A DNA stretch of 64,000 bases from Nostoc sp. DedSLP01 (GTDB lineage Bacteria; Cyanobacteriota; Cyanobacteriia; Cyanobacteriales; Nostocaceae), in assembly GCA_034530875.2 (NCBI GenBank), contig JAVRCJ020000011.1, forward strand, positions 153,055 through 217,054, read 5' to 3'. This document shows positions 9,460-19,646 of the stretch, one piece after another. Position 1 is the stretch's first letter. Each line of letters opens with the position of its first letter. Position numbers and translations under genes: made by a program. The notes beneath the pieces are model-generated. The model ran no database searches. It had not been told where the DNA came from and was given only the letters and a program-made list of their open reading frames with translations.

Positions 9460-12400
9460 AACCTAGATTGCACTGTGCGACTATTTTCAACTTGAGGTCG
9501 ATGGGGCTAATGCCGATAGCTCTCAGCCTCGTTTTGTATCCGGCCATAGTTAAAGCAGAAGTCAGCCATGAAAAATTGCTTTTACAGGCAGAGAAGGGTG
9601 TCGAAGATCGAGCTGTTGAAAATAAAGTGGTTGAAAAAACTATGGGTGTGAATTCTGGGGTTGGTGATGCAGGAGATCGAAAGTTCGTGCAAATAAGCAA
9701 AGGCGCAAAGATTAAGAGAAGAATTCAGCAACGGGTAAATTCTTATCGTTTGTTGGGAAGTTCTAGACAAGAGGTTAAACCTGTTGAATTGCGGCCATTT
9801 TCTTTAGCATCAGCTAGCGTTAGTTCAATTTCAGATGTCCAGGCAATACAACCATTTCAACCAGCAAGTTCTGTGGAATTGCCTAAAGGGTTACGGAAAA
9901 TTGCAGGAATTGAGGATAAGAAAGACCAATCTCCAAAGGAAATACAACCATTTCAACCAGCAAGTTCTGTAGGTTTGCCCAAAGGGTTACGCAAAATTGC
10001 TAATGGGGACGTGGTGACAACGGGACAAGGGGAGGCTAAGGCAGAGGGACAAGGAGACAAGGAGACAACAGGACAAGAGGAGGCTAAGGCAGAGGGACAA
10101 GGAGACAAGGGGACAACAGGACAAGGGGAGGCTAAGGCAGAGGGACAAGGAGACAAGGAGACAACAGGACAAGGGGAGGCTAAAGCACAAGGACAAGGTT
10201 TGAATGAGAATATGCCTGTGTCTTCACCTCCAGGGATTTCTACAGGAATCAAAATTCTGACTCCGACGGCTGACAGTGTTGTAGATGTACAAGCTACTAC
10301 GGTGATTGTGCAGTTTCCTGCTGGTACTCAGGTGGAATTGCGAGTAAATGGGGTTTTGGTAGATGCTTCTTTGGTGGGGCGGACGGAAAGCGATGCGAGT
10401 ACTAACTTAGTAACGCAGACATGGTATGGTGTTTCGTTACAAGAAGGCCAAAATACTATCTCAGCAAATGTTGTTGGCGGCAAGGAACCGCCTGTAACAG
10501 TGCAGGTGGCAGTTCGAGGAGCGCCGCAGCAACTAACTTTAGAAACTGTTGAGTCTCGTATCCCGGCTGATGGACGTTCTACGGCTACAATCCAGGGTCA
10601 ACTGCTCGATGCCAGTGGTAATCGCTCTAATTATGATGCTGTTGTGACTTTGATACCTACTGCTGGGGACTTCGTGGAGAAAGATTTTCAACCCGATGAA
10701 CCTGGATTTCAAGTGCAGGCGAAAGGAGGACAATTTAGAGCAACATTGCGATCGCAATTGAAGGCGGAAACTGTCACAATCCGCGCCATCACTAATAATT
10801 TAGAAGCCTATACCCAACTGCAATTTGAAACGGCCTTACGTCCGAGTTTGCTGACTGGGGTCATAGATTTACGTTTGGGTGCAAGAGGTACAAATTATTA
10901 TGGCAGTTTCCGCGATTTCATTCCTCCTGACAAAGACAATAGAACGCAATTAGATTTCCATTCAGCGATATTTGCCACCGGTACGATTGGAGAGTGGTTG
11001 TTTACGGGAGCATATAACAGTTCTCGGAATCTGAATGAAGATTGTAACTGCGATAATCGCTTGTTTAGAACTTATCAATTTAGCGAGCAAAACTATCCTG
11101 TTTACGGTGATAGCTCGAAAGTTGATGCGGTCGCTCCTTCCATTGACAGCGTATTTCTGCGTTTTGAGCGTTCAACCGGTATAGCTGGATCTGCTCCTGA
11201 TTTTGCTATGTGGGGTGACTATAACACAGAAGAATTTGCGCGGCGATCGCAGCAATTTACTTCTATAACTCGTCAGCTCCACGGTTTTAAAGCTAATTAC
11301 AATTTAGGAAATTTACAAATTACAGGTTTTTACGGCAATAACTTAGAAGGATTCCAACGAGACACGATTGCTCCCGATGGTACTAGTGGTTATTATTTCC
11401 TTTCTCGCAGGCTCCTACAACCAGGTAGTGAAAATGTTTTTATCGAGTTAGAAGAACTCAATCGTCCTGGGACTGTATTGGAACGCAAACAGCTAAACCG
11501 AGGCCCAGACTACGAAATTGACTACGATCGCGGTACTTTATTATTCCGCGAACCGATTCTTCGTACCGATATTGATGAAAACGGACAAGTCTTGGTACGT
11601 CGGATTGTTGTTAGCTATCAATACGAAAGTGAAGACTCTGATAGCAATATCTTTGCCGGTCGTTTGCAATATAATCTTTCCCGCGAACTGAATCGGGAAA
11701 GTTGGATTGGAGCAACTTACGTCCAAGAAAATCAAGGTGCGCGTGATTTTCAACTCTACGGCGCGGACGCACTGATAGCTTTGGGTGACAAGGGTAAGCT
11801 AATCGCAGAATACGCTCATTCGAGTAATGATTCTGATGTTCTAGGAAGGGTTAGGGGTGATGCGTATCGCTTGGAAGCTGAGGGACAAATTACTAATGGC
11901 ATTCAAGGACGTGCTTATTATCGGTTTGCCGATACAGGTTTTGCTAACAATGCCACGATCAGCTTTGTACCAGGGCAAACTCGTTATGGGGCGCAGGTTA
12001 TAGCTAAACTAAGTTCAACTACCACTGCCAGAGTCCAATACGATCACGAAGACAATTTTGGTATTGCTCCCCAACCGCTAGATACTTTTGAAGAATTATT
12101 TGCACCCCGTAATGATGCCATACCAGGAAGTAAGGTTGATAATTCTCTGACGACAATTAGTGCTGGGATTCAACAACGTTTAGGTAGTGCCATCTTCGAT
12201 CTAGATTGGATTCATAGGGATCGCCAAGACCGTATCTCACCCAACGCCTTGAGTGGTAATTCCGATCAATTGCGATCGCGTTTTACAGTTCCTATCGCTA
12301 AAAACTTGACTTTCCAAGCCCAAAACGAACTTAGTCTATCTTCCCAAAAAGATAGTGTTTATCCAGACCGTACTATCTTCGGGTTAAATTGGGCAGCAAT

Positions 12401-13562
12401 TCCTGGCATCAATATTAGTCTGGCGCAACAGTTTTACAGTAGCGGTCAATTTTCTGGTAACTCCATCACCAGCTTGAGTGTCAACGGCGAACACAAACTC
12501 GGAAGGGATACCACAATAACAGGTCGTTACTCAATTTTGGGTGGTGCCAATGAACTGACTACACAAGGGGCAATTGGTCTAAATAACCGTTGGACTATTG
12601 CTCGTGGATTGCGGTTGAATTTAGCTTACGAACACGTATTTGGTAACTTCTTCGGACGCACAGCAGCAGGTCAACAATATCCCCAACCTTACGCCTTCGG
12701 TCAAGCTGCATCATCAATTGGCTTTGATGGTGGCGATAGTTACAGTGTTGGTTTGGAATACAGCGATAACCCGGAATTTCAAGCCAGCGCCCGCTACGAA
12801 CATCGCTCCTCTTCTGGTGGTACTAATACAGTAATTACCGCAGGTGCAGTGGGTAAAATTTCTCCATCGCTCACGGCTCTAGTACGTTATCAACAAGCAA
12901 ACTCTTCCAATCAAAGACTTTCAGGATTGGCAGATACCGCTAATTTGAAAGTGGGTTTAGCTTACCGCGACCCCCACAGTGATAAATTTAATGCTTTGTT
13001 GCGTTATGAATATCGCCAAAATCCAGCGATTATTCCTGAGACTATTTTGTTAGGTAGCGGTACGGGTTCCCAAGACCATACTTTTGCTTTAGAAGCTATT
13101 TACGCCCCTAACTGGCAATGGGAATTCTACGGTAAGTATGCTTTGCGTAACAGTACTTCTTATTTGGCTAACGATTTAGTAGGTACGAGTACGGTGAATT
13201 TAGGACAATTACGGGCTACTTATCGTTTGGGATATAGCTGGGATTTAGTTGGTGAGGCTCGTTGGATTGGTCAATCTAGTTACAGTGAGACAGGCTTTGT
13301 TCTAGAAACAGGTTACTACCTGACTCCTAATTTGCGGCTTTCTGCTGGATATGTCTTCGGTAAAGTTGATGACAGGGATTTTTCCGGGACGCGATCGGCA
13401 GGAGGCCCATACTTGGGACTAACTGTCAAGCTAGATGACTTGTTTGATGGTTTTGGACAGCAAAAACCGGTGCCACGTCAGCAACAGAAGCCAAATACAA
13501 CAGAGGCGCAGATGAAAACAGAGACGCATCAAGCTGCGTCTCTAGATGGGGCAAATTTGTAG
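9456..13562 (+). CDS. Large outer-membrane beta-barrel protein with periplasmic Ig-like domains
   Basis: 4-bp overlap with the upstream gene, signal peptide, Big-1-like IPADGRST segment, and a long amphipathic aromatic/Gly beta-strand C-terminal region ending GPYLGLTVKL. Confidence 0.75.
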   Translation: MKPRLHCATIFNLRSMGLMPIALSLVLYPAIVKAEVSHEKLLLQAEKGVEDRAVENKVVEKTMGVNSGVGDAGDRKFVQISKGAKIKRRIQQRVNSYRLLGSSRQEVKPVELRPFSLASASVSSISDVQAIQPFQPASSVELPKGLRKIAGIEDKKDQSPKEIQPFQPASSVGLPKGLRKIANGDVVTTGQGEAKAEGQGDKETTGQEEAKAEGQGDKGTTGQGEAKAEGQGDKETTGQGEAKAQGQGLNENMPVSSPPGISTGIKILTPTADSVVDVQATTVIVQFPAGTQVELRVNGVLVDASLVGRTESDASTNLVTQTWYGVSLQEGQNTISANVVGGKEPPVTVQVAVRGAPQQLTLETVESRIPADGRSTATIQGQLLDASGNRSNYDAVVTLIPTAGDFVEKDFQPDEPGFQVQAKGGQFRATLRSQLKAETVTIRAITNNLEAYTQLQFETALRPSLLTGVIDLRLGARGTNYYGSFRDFIPPDKDNRTQLDFHSAIFATGTIGEWLFTGAYNSSRNLNEDCNCDNRLFRTYQFSEQNYPVYGDSSKVDAVAPSIDSVFLRFERSTGIAGSAPDFAMWGDYNTEEFARRSQQFTSITRQLHGFKANYNLGNLQITGFYGNNLEGFQRDTIAPDGTSGYYFLSRRLLQPGSENVFIELEELNRPGTVLERKQLNRGPDYEIDYDRGTLLFREPILRTDIDENGQVLVRRIVVSYQYESEDSDSNIFAGRLQYNLSRELNRESWIGATYVQENQGARDFQLYGADALIALGDKGKLIAEYAHSSNDSDVLGRVRGDAYRLEAEGQITNGIQGRAYYRFADTGFANNATISFVPGQTRYGAQVIAKLSSTTTARVQYDHEDNFGIAPQPLDTFEELFAPRNDAIPGSKVDNSLTTISAGIQQRLGSAIFDLDWIHRDRQDRISPNALSGNSDQLRSRFTVPIAKNLTFQAQNELSLSSQKDSVYPDRTIFGLNWAAIPGINISLAQQFYSSGQFSGNSITSLSVNGEHKLGRDTTITGRYSILGGANELTTQGAIGLNNRWTIARGLRLNLAYEHVFGNFFGRTAAGQQYPQPYAFGQAASSIGFDGGDSYSVGLEYSDNPEFQASARYEHRSSSGGTNTVITAGAVGKISPSLTALVRYQQANSSNQRLSGLADTANLKVGLAYRDPHSDKFNALLRYEYRQNPAIIPETILLGSGTGSQDHTFALEAIYAPNWQWEFYGKYALRNSTSYLANDLVGTSTVNLGQLRATYRLGYSWDLVGEARWIGQSSYSETGFVLETGYYLTPNLRLSAGYVFGKVDDRDFSGTRSAGGPYLGLTVKLDDLFDGFGQQKPVPRQQQKPNTTEAQMKTETHQAASLDGANL
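9846..10200 (+). repeat. In-frame coding repeats: 20-aa duplication plus ~4 x 48-nt units
   Basis: IQPFQPASSVxLPKGLRKIA at 9846 and 9942; TTGQGEAKAEGQGDKE x4 (last copy partial) from ~10017. Confidence 0.9.
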
Positions 13563-13570
13563 TTGTAATT

Positions 13571-14158
13571 ATGACTAAACCCAAATTTCAGGGCAAATAC
13601 CGAGTAGGATCTACTAGGTTGCCAACTCGTAATTACGCCGCTAATGGGTGGTATTTCATCACAATTTGCACAAGCGATCGCACTCATTTCTTAGGAAGTG
13701 TAATTACAGGAAATGTACAATTATCAAAAATTGGAGAAATAGCCCAACAATTCTGGGCAGAAATTCCAAATCATTTTGCCTACACCTATACAGATGCTTA
13801 TGTCGTCATGCCCAATCACGTACATGGGATTATTGCGATCGACCGTCCCCAAAATGTAGAGACGTTGCATTGCAACGTCTCTACACAACGTGATACCCCA
13901 TGCAACATTGCACAAGAACAATTCATGTCTGACATATCTCCTAAAGCGGGTTCATTGGGAGCGATAGTGCGTTCGTACAAATCTGCTGTGACCCGTTGGT
14001 GTGGGAAAAACGGTTTTGAAAACTTTGCTTGGCAAGAGCGATTTTACGAACACATCATTCGTGCTGATGGTTCTTTAGATCGAATTCGAGAATATATCAT
14101 TAATAATCCTACTAAATGGGAGAATGACAAAAACAATCCTATAAATTTATGGATGTGA
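13571..14158 (+). mobile_element. REP-associated tyrosine transposase (RAYT/TnpA-REP, HUH Y1 family)
   Basis: YFITICT, VVMPNHVHGII (HUH), WQERFYEHIIR and catalytic-region EYIINNP motifs; GTAG-type palindromes adjacent. Confidence 0.88.
13855..13885. repeat. REP palindrome inside the RAYT gene
   Basis: TGTAGAGACGTTGCA-T-TGCAACGTCTCTACA, perfect 31-bp palindrome. Confidence 0.9.
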
Positions 14159-14174
14159 TGTTTATACCCCTAAT

Positions 14175-14205
14175 TATAGAGACGTTGCATTGCAACGTCT
14201 CTACA
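14175..14205. repeat. REP palindrome downstream of RAYT
   Basis: Copy of 13855-13885 with one substitution. Confidence 0.9.
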
Positions 14206-14212
14206 AATCGTG

Positions 14213-15577
14213 TTAGACAGACAAGGGTTGTCTGGTTTCAACTGGTTCGCCAGTCAAGCTAAAAGCGCGAACTTCGGTAATTTTTACCTTTACTAATTGC
14301 CCTTTCAATTCTTTGATGTCGCCAGTAAAGAAGGTTAAACGATTACCGCCTGTGCGTCCCATGACTTGAGTTTTATCTTTCGGGTTTTGGTCTTCGACTA
14401 GAACTTCTTCAATACGTCCGAAGTAACGTTGCGATCGCTCGCTTGCTTTGATGGCTACTAGATGGTTCAATCTTTGTAGGCGATCGCTTTTAACTTCTTC
14501 ACTCAGTTGATTGTCCCACAAAGCGGCTGGCGTTCCTGGGCGTGGCGAATATGCGGCTGTATTCAACATATCAAAGCCGATATCTTCCACGAGTTTTAAG
14601 GTATTTTCAAACTGTTGTTCTGTTTCCCCAGGAAATCCCACAATTGCATCGGCACTAATTGACGCATCTGGCATATATTGCCGAATGGTATCGATGATTC
14701 GGCGATATTTTTCATGAGTATAACCCCGCGACATCGCCTTTAAAACTTCATTATCCCCAGACTGAAAGGGAATGTGGAAGTGTTCGCAAACTTTGGGCAA
14801 TTCAGCACAAGCCCGAATTAGTCTTTCAGTAAAATAGCGTGGATGGCTTGTAGCAAATCTTATTCTCTCAATTCCTGGCACATCATGGACGTAATATAGT
14901 AAATCTGTGAAGTTGTGCAGATGTCGTCCTTCTGGCGTGCTTCCTGGCAAATCTCTGCCGTAAGCGTCAATATTTTGTCCGAGTAAGGTAATTTCCTTGT
15001 AACCTTGTCGTCCTAATTCGGCCATTTCTTTCCGAATAGCTTCTGGCGTGCGAGATTGTTCGATACCGCGGACGTTAGGGACTACACAGTAAGTGCAGCG
15101 TTCGTTACAGCCGTAAATCACATTCACCCAAGCAGTGACTTTACTATCTCGTCGCGGCTGGGTGATATCTTCGATAATGTGAACCGGCTCAGTTGCCACA
15201 ACTTGGTTACCTTCAAACACTGATTCCAATAAATCTTTGAGGCGGTTGGCGTGTTGCGGCCCCATTACCAAGTCTAATTCTGGCACCCGCCGCAACAGCG
15301 CTTCGCCTTCTTGTTGGGCAACGCAACCAGCAACAATCAAAGTTAAATCGGGCTGTTCGTGCTTGCGCTTTGCCTGCCTGCCAAGGTAGGAGTATACTTT
15401 TTGCTCGGCATTATCTCGAATTGTGCAGGTATTGTAGAGAATCACATCTGCATTGTTTGGATCTTCCGACCACTCAAAGCCCATGTCTTCCAAAACGCCA
15501 GCCATGCGTTCTGAGTCAGCTTTATTCATCTGACAACCGAAAGTAGTGATGTGATAGTGGCGTTTAGAACTGGTCAT
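14213..15577 (-). CDS. miaB: tRNA-2-methylthio-N6-dimethylallyladenosine synthase
   Basis: [12 protein letters not shown], radical-[12 protein letters not shown]-terminal TRAM domain. Confidence 0.97.
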   Translation of the reverse strand: MTSSKRHYHITTFGCQMNKADSERMAGVLEDMGFEWSEDPNNADVILYNTCTIRDNAEQKVYSYLGRQAKRKHEQPDLTLIVAGCVAQQEGEALLRRVPELDLVMGPQHANRLKDLLESVFEGNQVVATEPVHIIEDITQPRRDSKVTAWVNVIYGCNERCTYCVVPNVRGIEQSRTPEAIRKEMAELGRQGYKEITLLGQNIDAYGRDLPGSTPEGRHLHNFTDLLYYVHDVPGIERIRFATSHPRYFTERLIRACAELPKVCEHFHIPFQSGDNEVLKAMSRGYTHEKYRRIIDTIRQYMPDASISADAIVGFPGETEQQFENTLKLVEDIGFDMLNTAAYSPRPGTPAALWDNQLSEEVKSDRLQRLNHLVAIKASERSQRYFGRIEEVLVEDQNPKDKTQVMGRTGGNRLTFFTGDIKELKGQLVKVKITEVRAFSLTGEPVETRQPLSV

Positions 15578-15768
15578 GGGAAATTATGCTTAATGAGCTT
15601 AGTGTATATAAACTTTATTTCTATTTTATAACGCTCTTAACCAAGGTTAGGTAAGTCTGCCTCTACTTACTAAAGGAGGTGTAATCTATATAATGTTTGA
15701 GAATATAGTAAAGCAGCGATCGCAATTATTTGCGCTAGCGTATAAATATAGACAAATTAGTATGCAGT

Positions 15769-16716
15769 ATGCCTAAAATTACTGTTTGTATTCCTACTTA
15801 TAATCGTATTTCTCTGCTGCCTTATGCGATCGACAGCGTACTTAACCAATCAGAGCAAGACTTTGAACTAATTGTTTGTGATGATGGTTCTACCGATGGT
15901 ACGCCTGAGTTAATGTCAAACTACACAGACCAACGAATTAGATACATTCGTCATCCGCAAAATATTGGTAAAAGTAATAATATGCGCTCTGGATTTGATG
16001 CTGCCAGAGGTGAATATTTTATTAAATTTGATGATGACGACCGATTAACACCTGATTTTCTTGCGAGTACGGCAGCTATTCTTGACCAAGACTCGAGTAT
16101 TGATTTTGTTGGTACAGACCATTGGATAATTGATATTAACAATATCAGGGATGAGGCAAAAACTCAGGAAAATTCTGAAGACTGGGGGAGAAATAATTTA
16201 ACCGCAGGTATTGTAGATAATTTGTTAGAAGTTGTATTTATCAATCAAAGCTTTCAAATTGGTTCGACATTATTTCGCTATCAAACATTGCAAGAATTAG
16301 GATTTCTATTGCCAAATCTGCAAAATTGCGAGGATAATGATTTATTTGTACGGCTGGCTTTGGCTGGAAAAAAGGGTTATTATTTACCAGAATTACTGAT
16401 GGAATATCGATACCATGTAGAACAGCAAGGTATTGATAGAGCTATTCCTTATTTATTTGATAAAATTCAGTATTTAGAAAGTTATAAGTTTGAATCTGAG
16501 AAACTAGAAAAAGTTAGGCAGGAGCGTTTGATGGAAACGCAATTATTATTAGGTTTGCGCTTAATTGAAAAAGGGGAAACGCAAAAAGGCAGAGAACTAG
16601 TTTTGGCAGGACAATCTTTTTCGACTCCTAAAGCTTGGACTGGTTTAGCATTATCGCTGTTACCAGTTGGGTTGCGAGGTAAGGCGTTTGATGCAGTGCG
16701 ACAGATGCGGGGTTAA
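15769..16716 (+). CDS. Glycosyltransferase family 2
   Basis: CIPTYNR, DDGSTDGT and FDDDD (DxD) motifs. Confidence 0.92.
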   Translation: MPKITVCIPTYNRISLLPYAIDSVLNQSEQDFELIVCDDGSTDGTPELMSNYTDQRIRYIRHPQNIGKSNNMRSGFDAARGEYFIKFDDDDRLTPDFLASTAAILDQDSSIDFVGTDHWIIDINNIRDEAKTQENSEDWGRNNLTAGIVDNLLEVVFINQSFQIGSTLFRYQTLQELGFLLPNLQNCEDNDLFVRLALAGKKGYYLPELLMEYRYHVEQQGIDRAIPYLFDKIQYLESYKFESEKLEKVRQERLMETQLLLGLRLIEKGETQKGRELVLAGQSFSTPKAWTGLALSLLPVGLRGKAFDAVRQMRG

Positions 16717-16801
16717 GCTGGCTTTAGCTGCGTATTCGGTTAATAATGTCTCACGTGGAGACCCAGGATGCAAAGCACATTGCGTTAATCTATTTTTGTA
16801 A

Positions 16802-17530
16802 TTATTTCTCTGACCATCGATCTACTATTTCAAGCATTTTTTCACTACTTATAGCTTTAATCATCTTTTTTCCATGCGGTATTTTAACCCTTTCTACCAC
16901 ATCATTTAATGATTTAAATTGTTTTTTCATACGTTCAGCCTCTACTATTTCTGCTATCTGAGAAGCTTTCTTTTGACTAAAACCAGCATTTTGTAATTTA
17001 GAAATAATTTTAGTTAGATTAAGCGTTTTAAAAACTTCTATTGGTTCAGTTTTATCGAGTATCTGCTTTTTAAGCTCTTTGACTTCATTTTCTAATTTTG
17101 CATTAGCAGTTGCTTGTTCTAATATTTGCTTAGTTATCTTTTCAAAACGTGATTCCAAATTGGTTAAAAACTGTCCCATATCTTTAAAATTAAAAGATGT
17201 TAGCTCTGAAGAATCAGTTTTTTGCTGTCTAAATATTTCAATCTGCTTTATTAAAGTCTCTTCATTTTCAGACTCGATGATAAATACTCCAATCATTTCC
17301 CCCTTACGAGGATCTATCTCTCTAGCTCTAGCAGCAGCATAATACTCAAAGTCTCCATCGACTACTTCGTATGATTGGAGACTTGTTCGGCGAACTATTA
17401 TGGGATTAATAATGCCCTCAGAGTCTAAAATTAATCGAGCAGCTTGTTCTAGTTCATCTTCAGCAAAAATTGAACGAAATTTGCTTGAAGTAATTTTCTT
17501 GACAGCAACAAGAGATGCAGCTAATTTCAT
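16802..17530 (-). CDS. ParB/Srx N-terminal-domain protein with coiled coil and putative HhH-like C-terminus
   Basis: GIINPIIVRR..YEVVDG ParB-like motif; 4-bp overlap with the ParA fusion gene. Confidence 0.7.
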   Translation of the reverse strand: MKLAASLVAVKKITSSKFRSIFAEDELEQAARLILDSEGIINPIIVRRTSLQSYEVVDGDFEYYAAARAREIDPRKGEMIGVFIIESENEETLIKQIEIFRQQKTDSSELTSFNFKDMGQFLTNLESRFEKITKQILEQATANAKLENEVKELKKQILDKTEPIEVFKTLNLTKIISKLQNAGFSQKKASQIAEIVEAERMKKQFKSLNDVVERVKIPHGKKMIKAISSEKMLEIVDRWSEK

Positions 17531-18894
17531 TGAGTCATACCTATCTTTTGTAAAACTTCTATTGCTAATAATTCAAATTCATGTGCCGAATTTGAATCTG
17601 GTTTAAAATCTAGTACTGAAATTGGATCGACTATCTCAAGATCTCCAACAATCTGAATTCTCTCCGCGCATTTTGCCAAATCTTCTCTTTCATAAATTAC
17701 AGTATCCATCACGTTGATATCATATCGAGTATAAATATTTTGTAAACGATTTTTTAAAGTTGATTGCACAAATTTTGCATTTGTTGAGATTTTACAAGCT
17801 AAGACTCCTATTATTTCAATTGGTGGCTTTCTGATTTGTTTTCTAAATCCATTAATAGCTTTTATAAATTCTTTAACATTAGTTAATCCTTGGTTAGCGA
17901 ACGGTTTGAGATCGGATGGAATGATCAGAAAATCTGTAGCTATCAAAGCAATTTTTGCATATAGATTTAAAGAAGGTGGCGTGTCAATTAGCACGATATC
18001 ATACTGGTTTTTGACTTCTTCAAGTTTTTCAATCAGTATTAGCCTGCTATAGTCAAGTGCATTCAGTTCTGTTTCTTGTCTTATTAAATCAATATGTGCA
18101 GGTACTACATAAATTTCTGGATTACTAAAATTAGATTTTCTGGCCACCTCTGCAATAGAGTAAAAGTCTTCTGATTGCAATACATGAAAAATATTAGAAT
18201 CTTTGATATCGTCAAACTCTTCGTCATCAAATTTGATCAAACCAGTAGCAAATGTAGTGTTTGCTTGACTATCTAAATCTATAACTAAAACTCTTTTGCC
18301 CTTTTTTCTAATAGCAGCGGCTAGATTAACTACAGTAGTTGTCTTGCCTACACCGCCTTTATTATGGTAAACTGCAATTGTTTTCATTGGATTTTGCCTC
18401 TTTGTTTCAAAATTGAATTTTTGTTTGGTTATCTCTACATGTGGCTTATTTATTAACTGGCTTTTTTTCAAATTATCTCTACCAATTAAATCTTTAATTT
18501 CATCTAATTTACTCTCAACTTCTTTGCCAGAACATTGGAATACTAGTTGAACATCATATTGCAATTTTTGATAAATTCTGATTTCTTTGCCATTAGTCAG
18601 CAAACCATACCTGACATTCAAACTTGTTAAATAATGCCTGAGTCGAGGGATATGATTATTTAAGTTTTGTTTGGGATGCTTTGCCTCCATAACGACACTC
18701 AGCGGGGAGTTGGCGTCTAAGACAAAGGGAATCACTTGTGCGGCAAATGCTAAGAAATCTAAGCGAATGCTACCAACGGCAACTTCTTGATGCCAGGTGT
18801 CAGGAGTATAACCTAGCTGTGGTAGCAAATATTGCACTATGAGTTTGCTTTCAACTTCGCTTTCGTTACGGCACAGCTCGGGATTAAAGGGCAA
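17527..18894 (-). CDS. HsdR_N-like PD-(D/E)xK nuclease domain fused to ParA/Soj ATPase
   Basis: NESEVE..QEV..RLDF..MEAK..GLLTNG at the N-terminus, then KGGVGKTT, DLDSQAN and IDTPP. Confidence 0.85.
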   Translation of the reverse strand: MPFNPELCRNESEVESKLIVQYLLPQLGYTPDTWHQEVAVGSIRLDFLAFAAQVIPFVLDANSPLSVVMEAKHPKQNLNNHIPRLRHYLTSLNVRYGLLTNGKEIRIYQKLQYDVQLVFQCSGKEVESKLDEIKDLIGRDNLKKSQLINKPHVEITKQKFNFETKRQNPMKTIAVYHNKGGVGKTTTVVNLAAAIRKKGKRVLVIDLDSQANTTFATGLIKFDDEEFDDIKDSNIFHVLQSEDFYSIAEVARKSNFSNPEIYVVPAHIDLIRQETELNALDYSRLILIEKLEEVKNQYDIVLIDTPPSLNLYAKIALIATDFLIIPSDLKPFANQGLTNVKEFIKAINGFRKQIRKPPIEIIGVLACKISTNAKFVQSTLKNRLQNIYTRYDINVMDTVIYEREDLAKCAERIQIVGDLEIVDPISVLDFKPDSNSAHEFELLAIEVLQKIGMTQ

Positions 18895-19156
18895 TATTTT
18901 TCTACCTCTAAAGAAATTAGAATCATGGATAAAACTTGATATTTGCTAGTTTATTTTATGGTTATTATTATCCTCAGTGATGAAAATCACCTACATCAAT
19001 ATAAATTTTCACTACAAAGTAGTATATTCACTGTTAAAATAAGTCTGCTTAAAGGCTAGCTATATTCAAAATTCACAACTTAAGCCTGTATTTTCCCATT
19101 GCCGCTGTAAATGGCTAAAATCAAATTGTCTACTTAGCGTATTTGCTCTGAAGGTT

Positions 19157-19528
19157 TTGACTACTATATCTTGTCCTCGTTGCCATCAATTGATTGATAG
19201 TCAAGCTATTAGTTGTCCTTACTGTCGGATAACACTTAAAGCTTACGGACATCCCGGTATTCCATTGCACCGTGCGACTGGGGACGGGTATCTGTGTGAC
19301 ACCTGCACCTATCACGTTGATGATACTTGCAATTTTCCCCAGCGTCCCCACGCTAAAGACTGCACGCTTTACCAAAATATTGAACAGACAAAGTTAGATT
19401 TAGAACAGCAGCGATACTCTAAGAGTTTTGGGGTAAGTGTAAAAACTTGGCTAAAACGGAATCAGGCTTTGCTACTACTATTGGCTTTATTGTTATTTTG
19501 TTTGCTATTCGTTATATCAACTTCTTGA
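19157..19528 (+). CDS. Zinc-ribbon protein with C-terminal membrane anchor
   Basis: CPRC..CPYC, CDTC..C..C and a hydrophobic C-terminal helix. Confidence 0.75.
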   Translation: MTTISCPRCHQLIDSQAISCPYCRITLKAYGHPGIPLHRATGDGYLCDTCTYHVDDTCNFPQRPHAKDCTLYQNIEQTKLDLEQQRYSKSFGVSVKTWLKRNQALLLLLALLLFCLLFVISTS

Positions 19529-19547
19529 ATTTGTGTTTTTTGGTGAA

Positions 19548-19646
19548 TGGGGACTGGGGACTGGGGACTGGGAAAGAATTACTTTAATCCTAATTGCTAA
19601 TATCTAATTTTTAGTTTCTAATTCCTAATCCTCAATCCCCAATCCC
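19548..19646. repeat. STRR heptamer repeats (TGGGGAC)n and (CCCAATC/CCTAATC)-like
   Basis: Tandem heptamers between convergent genes. Confidence 0.8.

Noticed and set aside
9456..13562. TonB-dependent receptor call
   Set aside because: No recognisable TonB box or plug motif; the context is a DUF11 operon. Left as a generic barrel.
13571..14158. IS200/IS605 insertion sequence
   Set aside because: No tnpB; the motifs and GTAG palindromes fit RAYT.
16802..18894. Plasmid partition locus or type I restriction-modification system
   Set aside because: Flanked by chromosomal genes; no rep, hsdM, hsdS or helicase domain.
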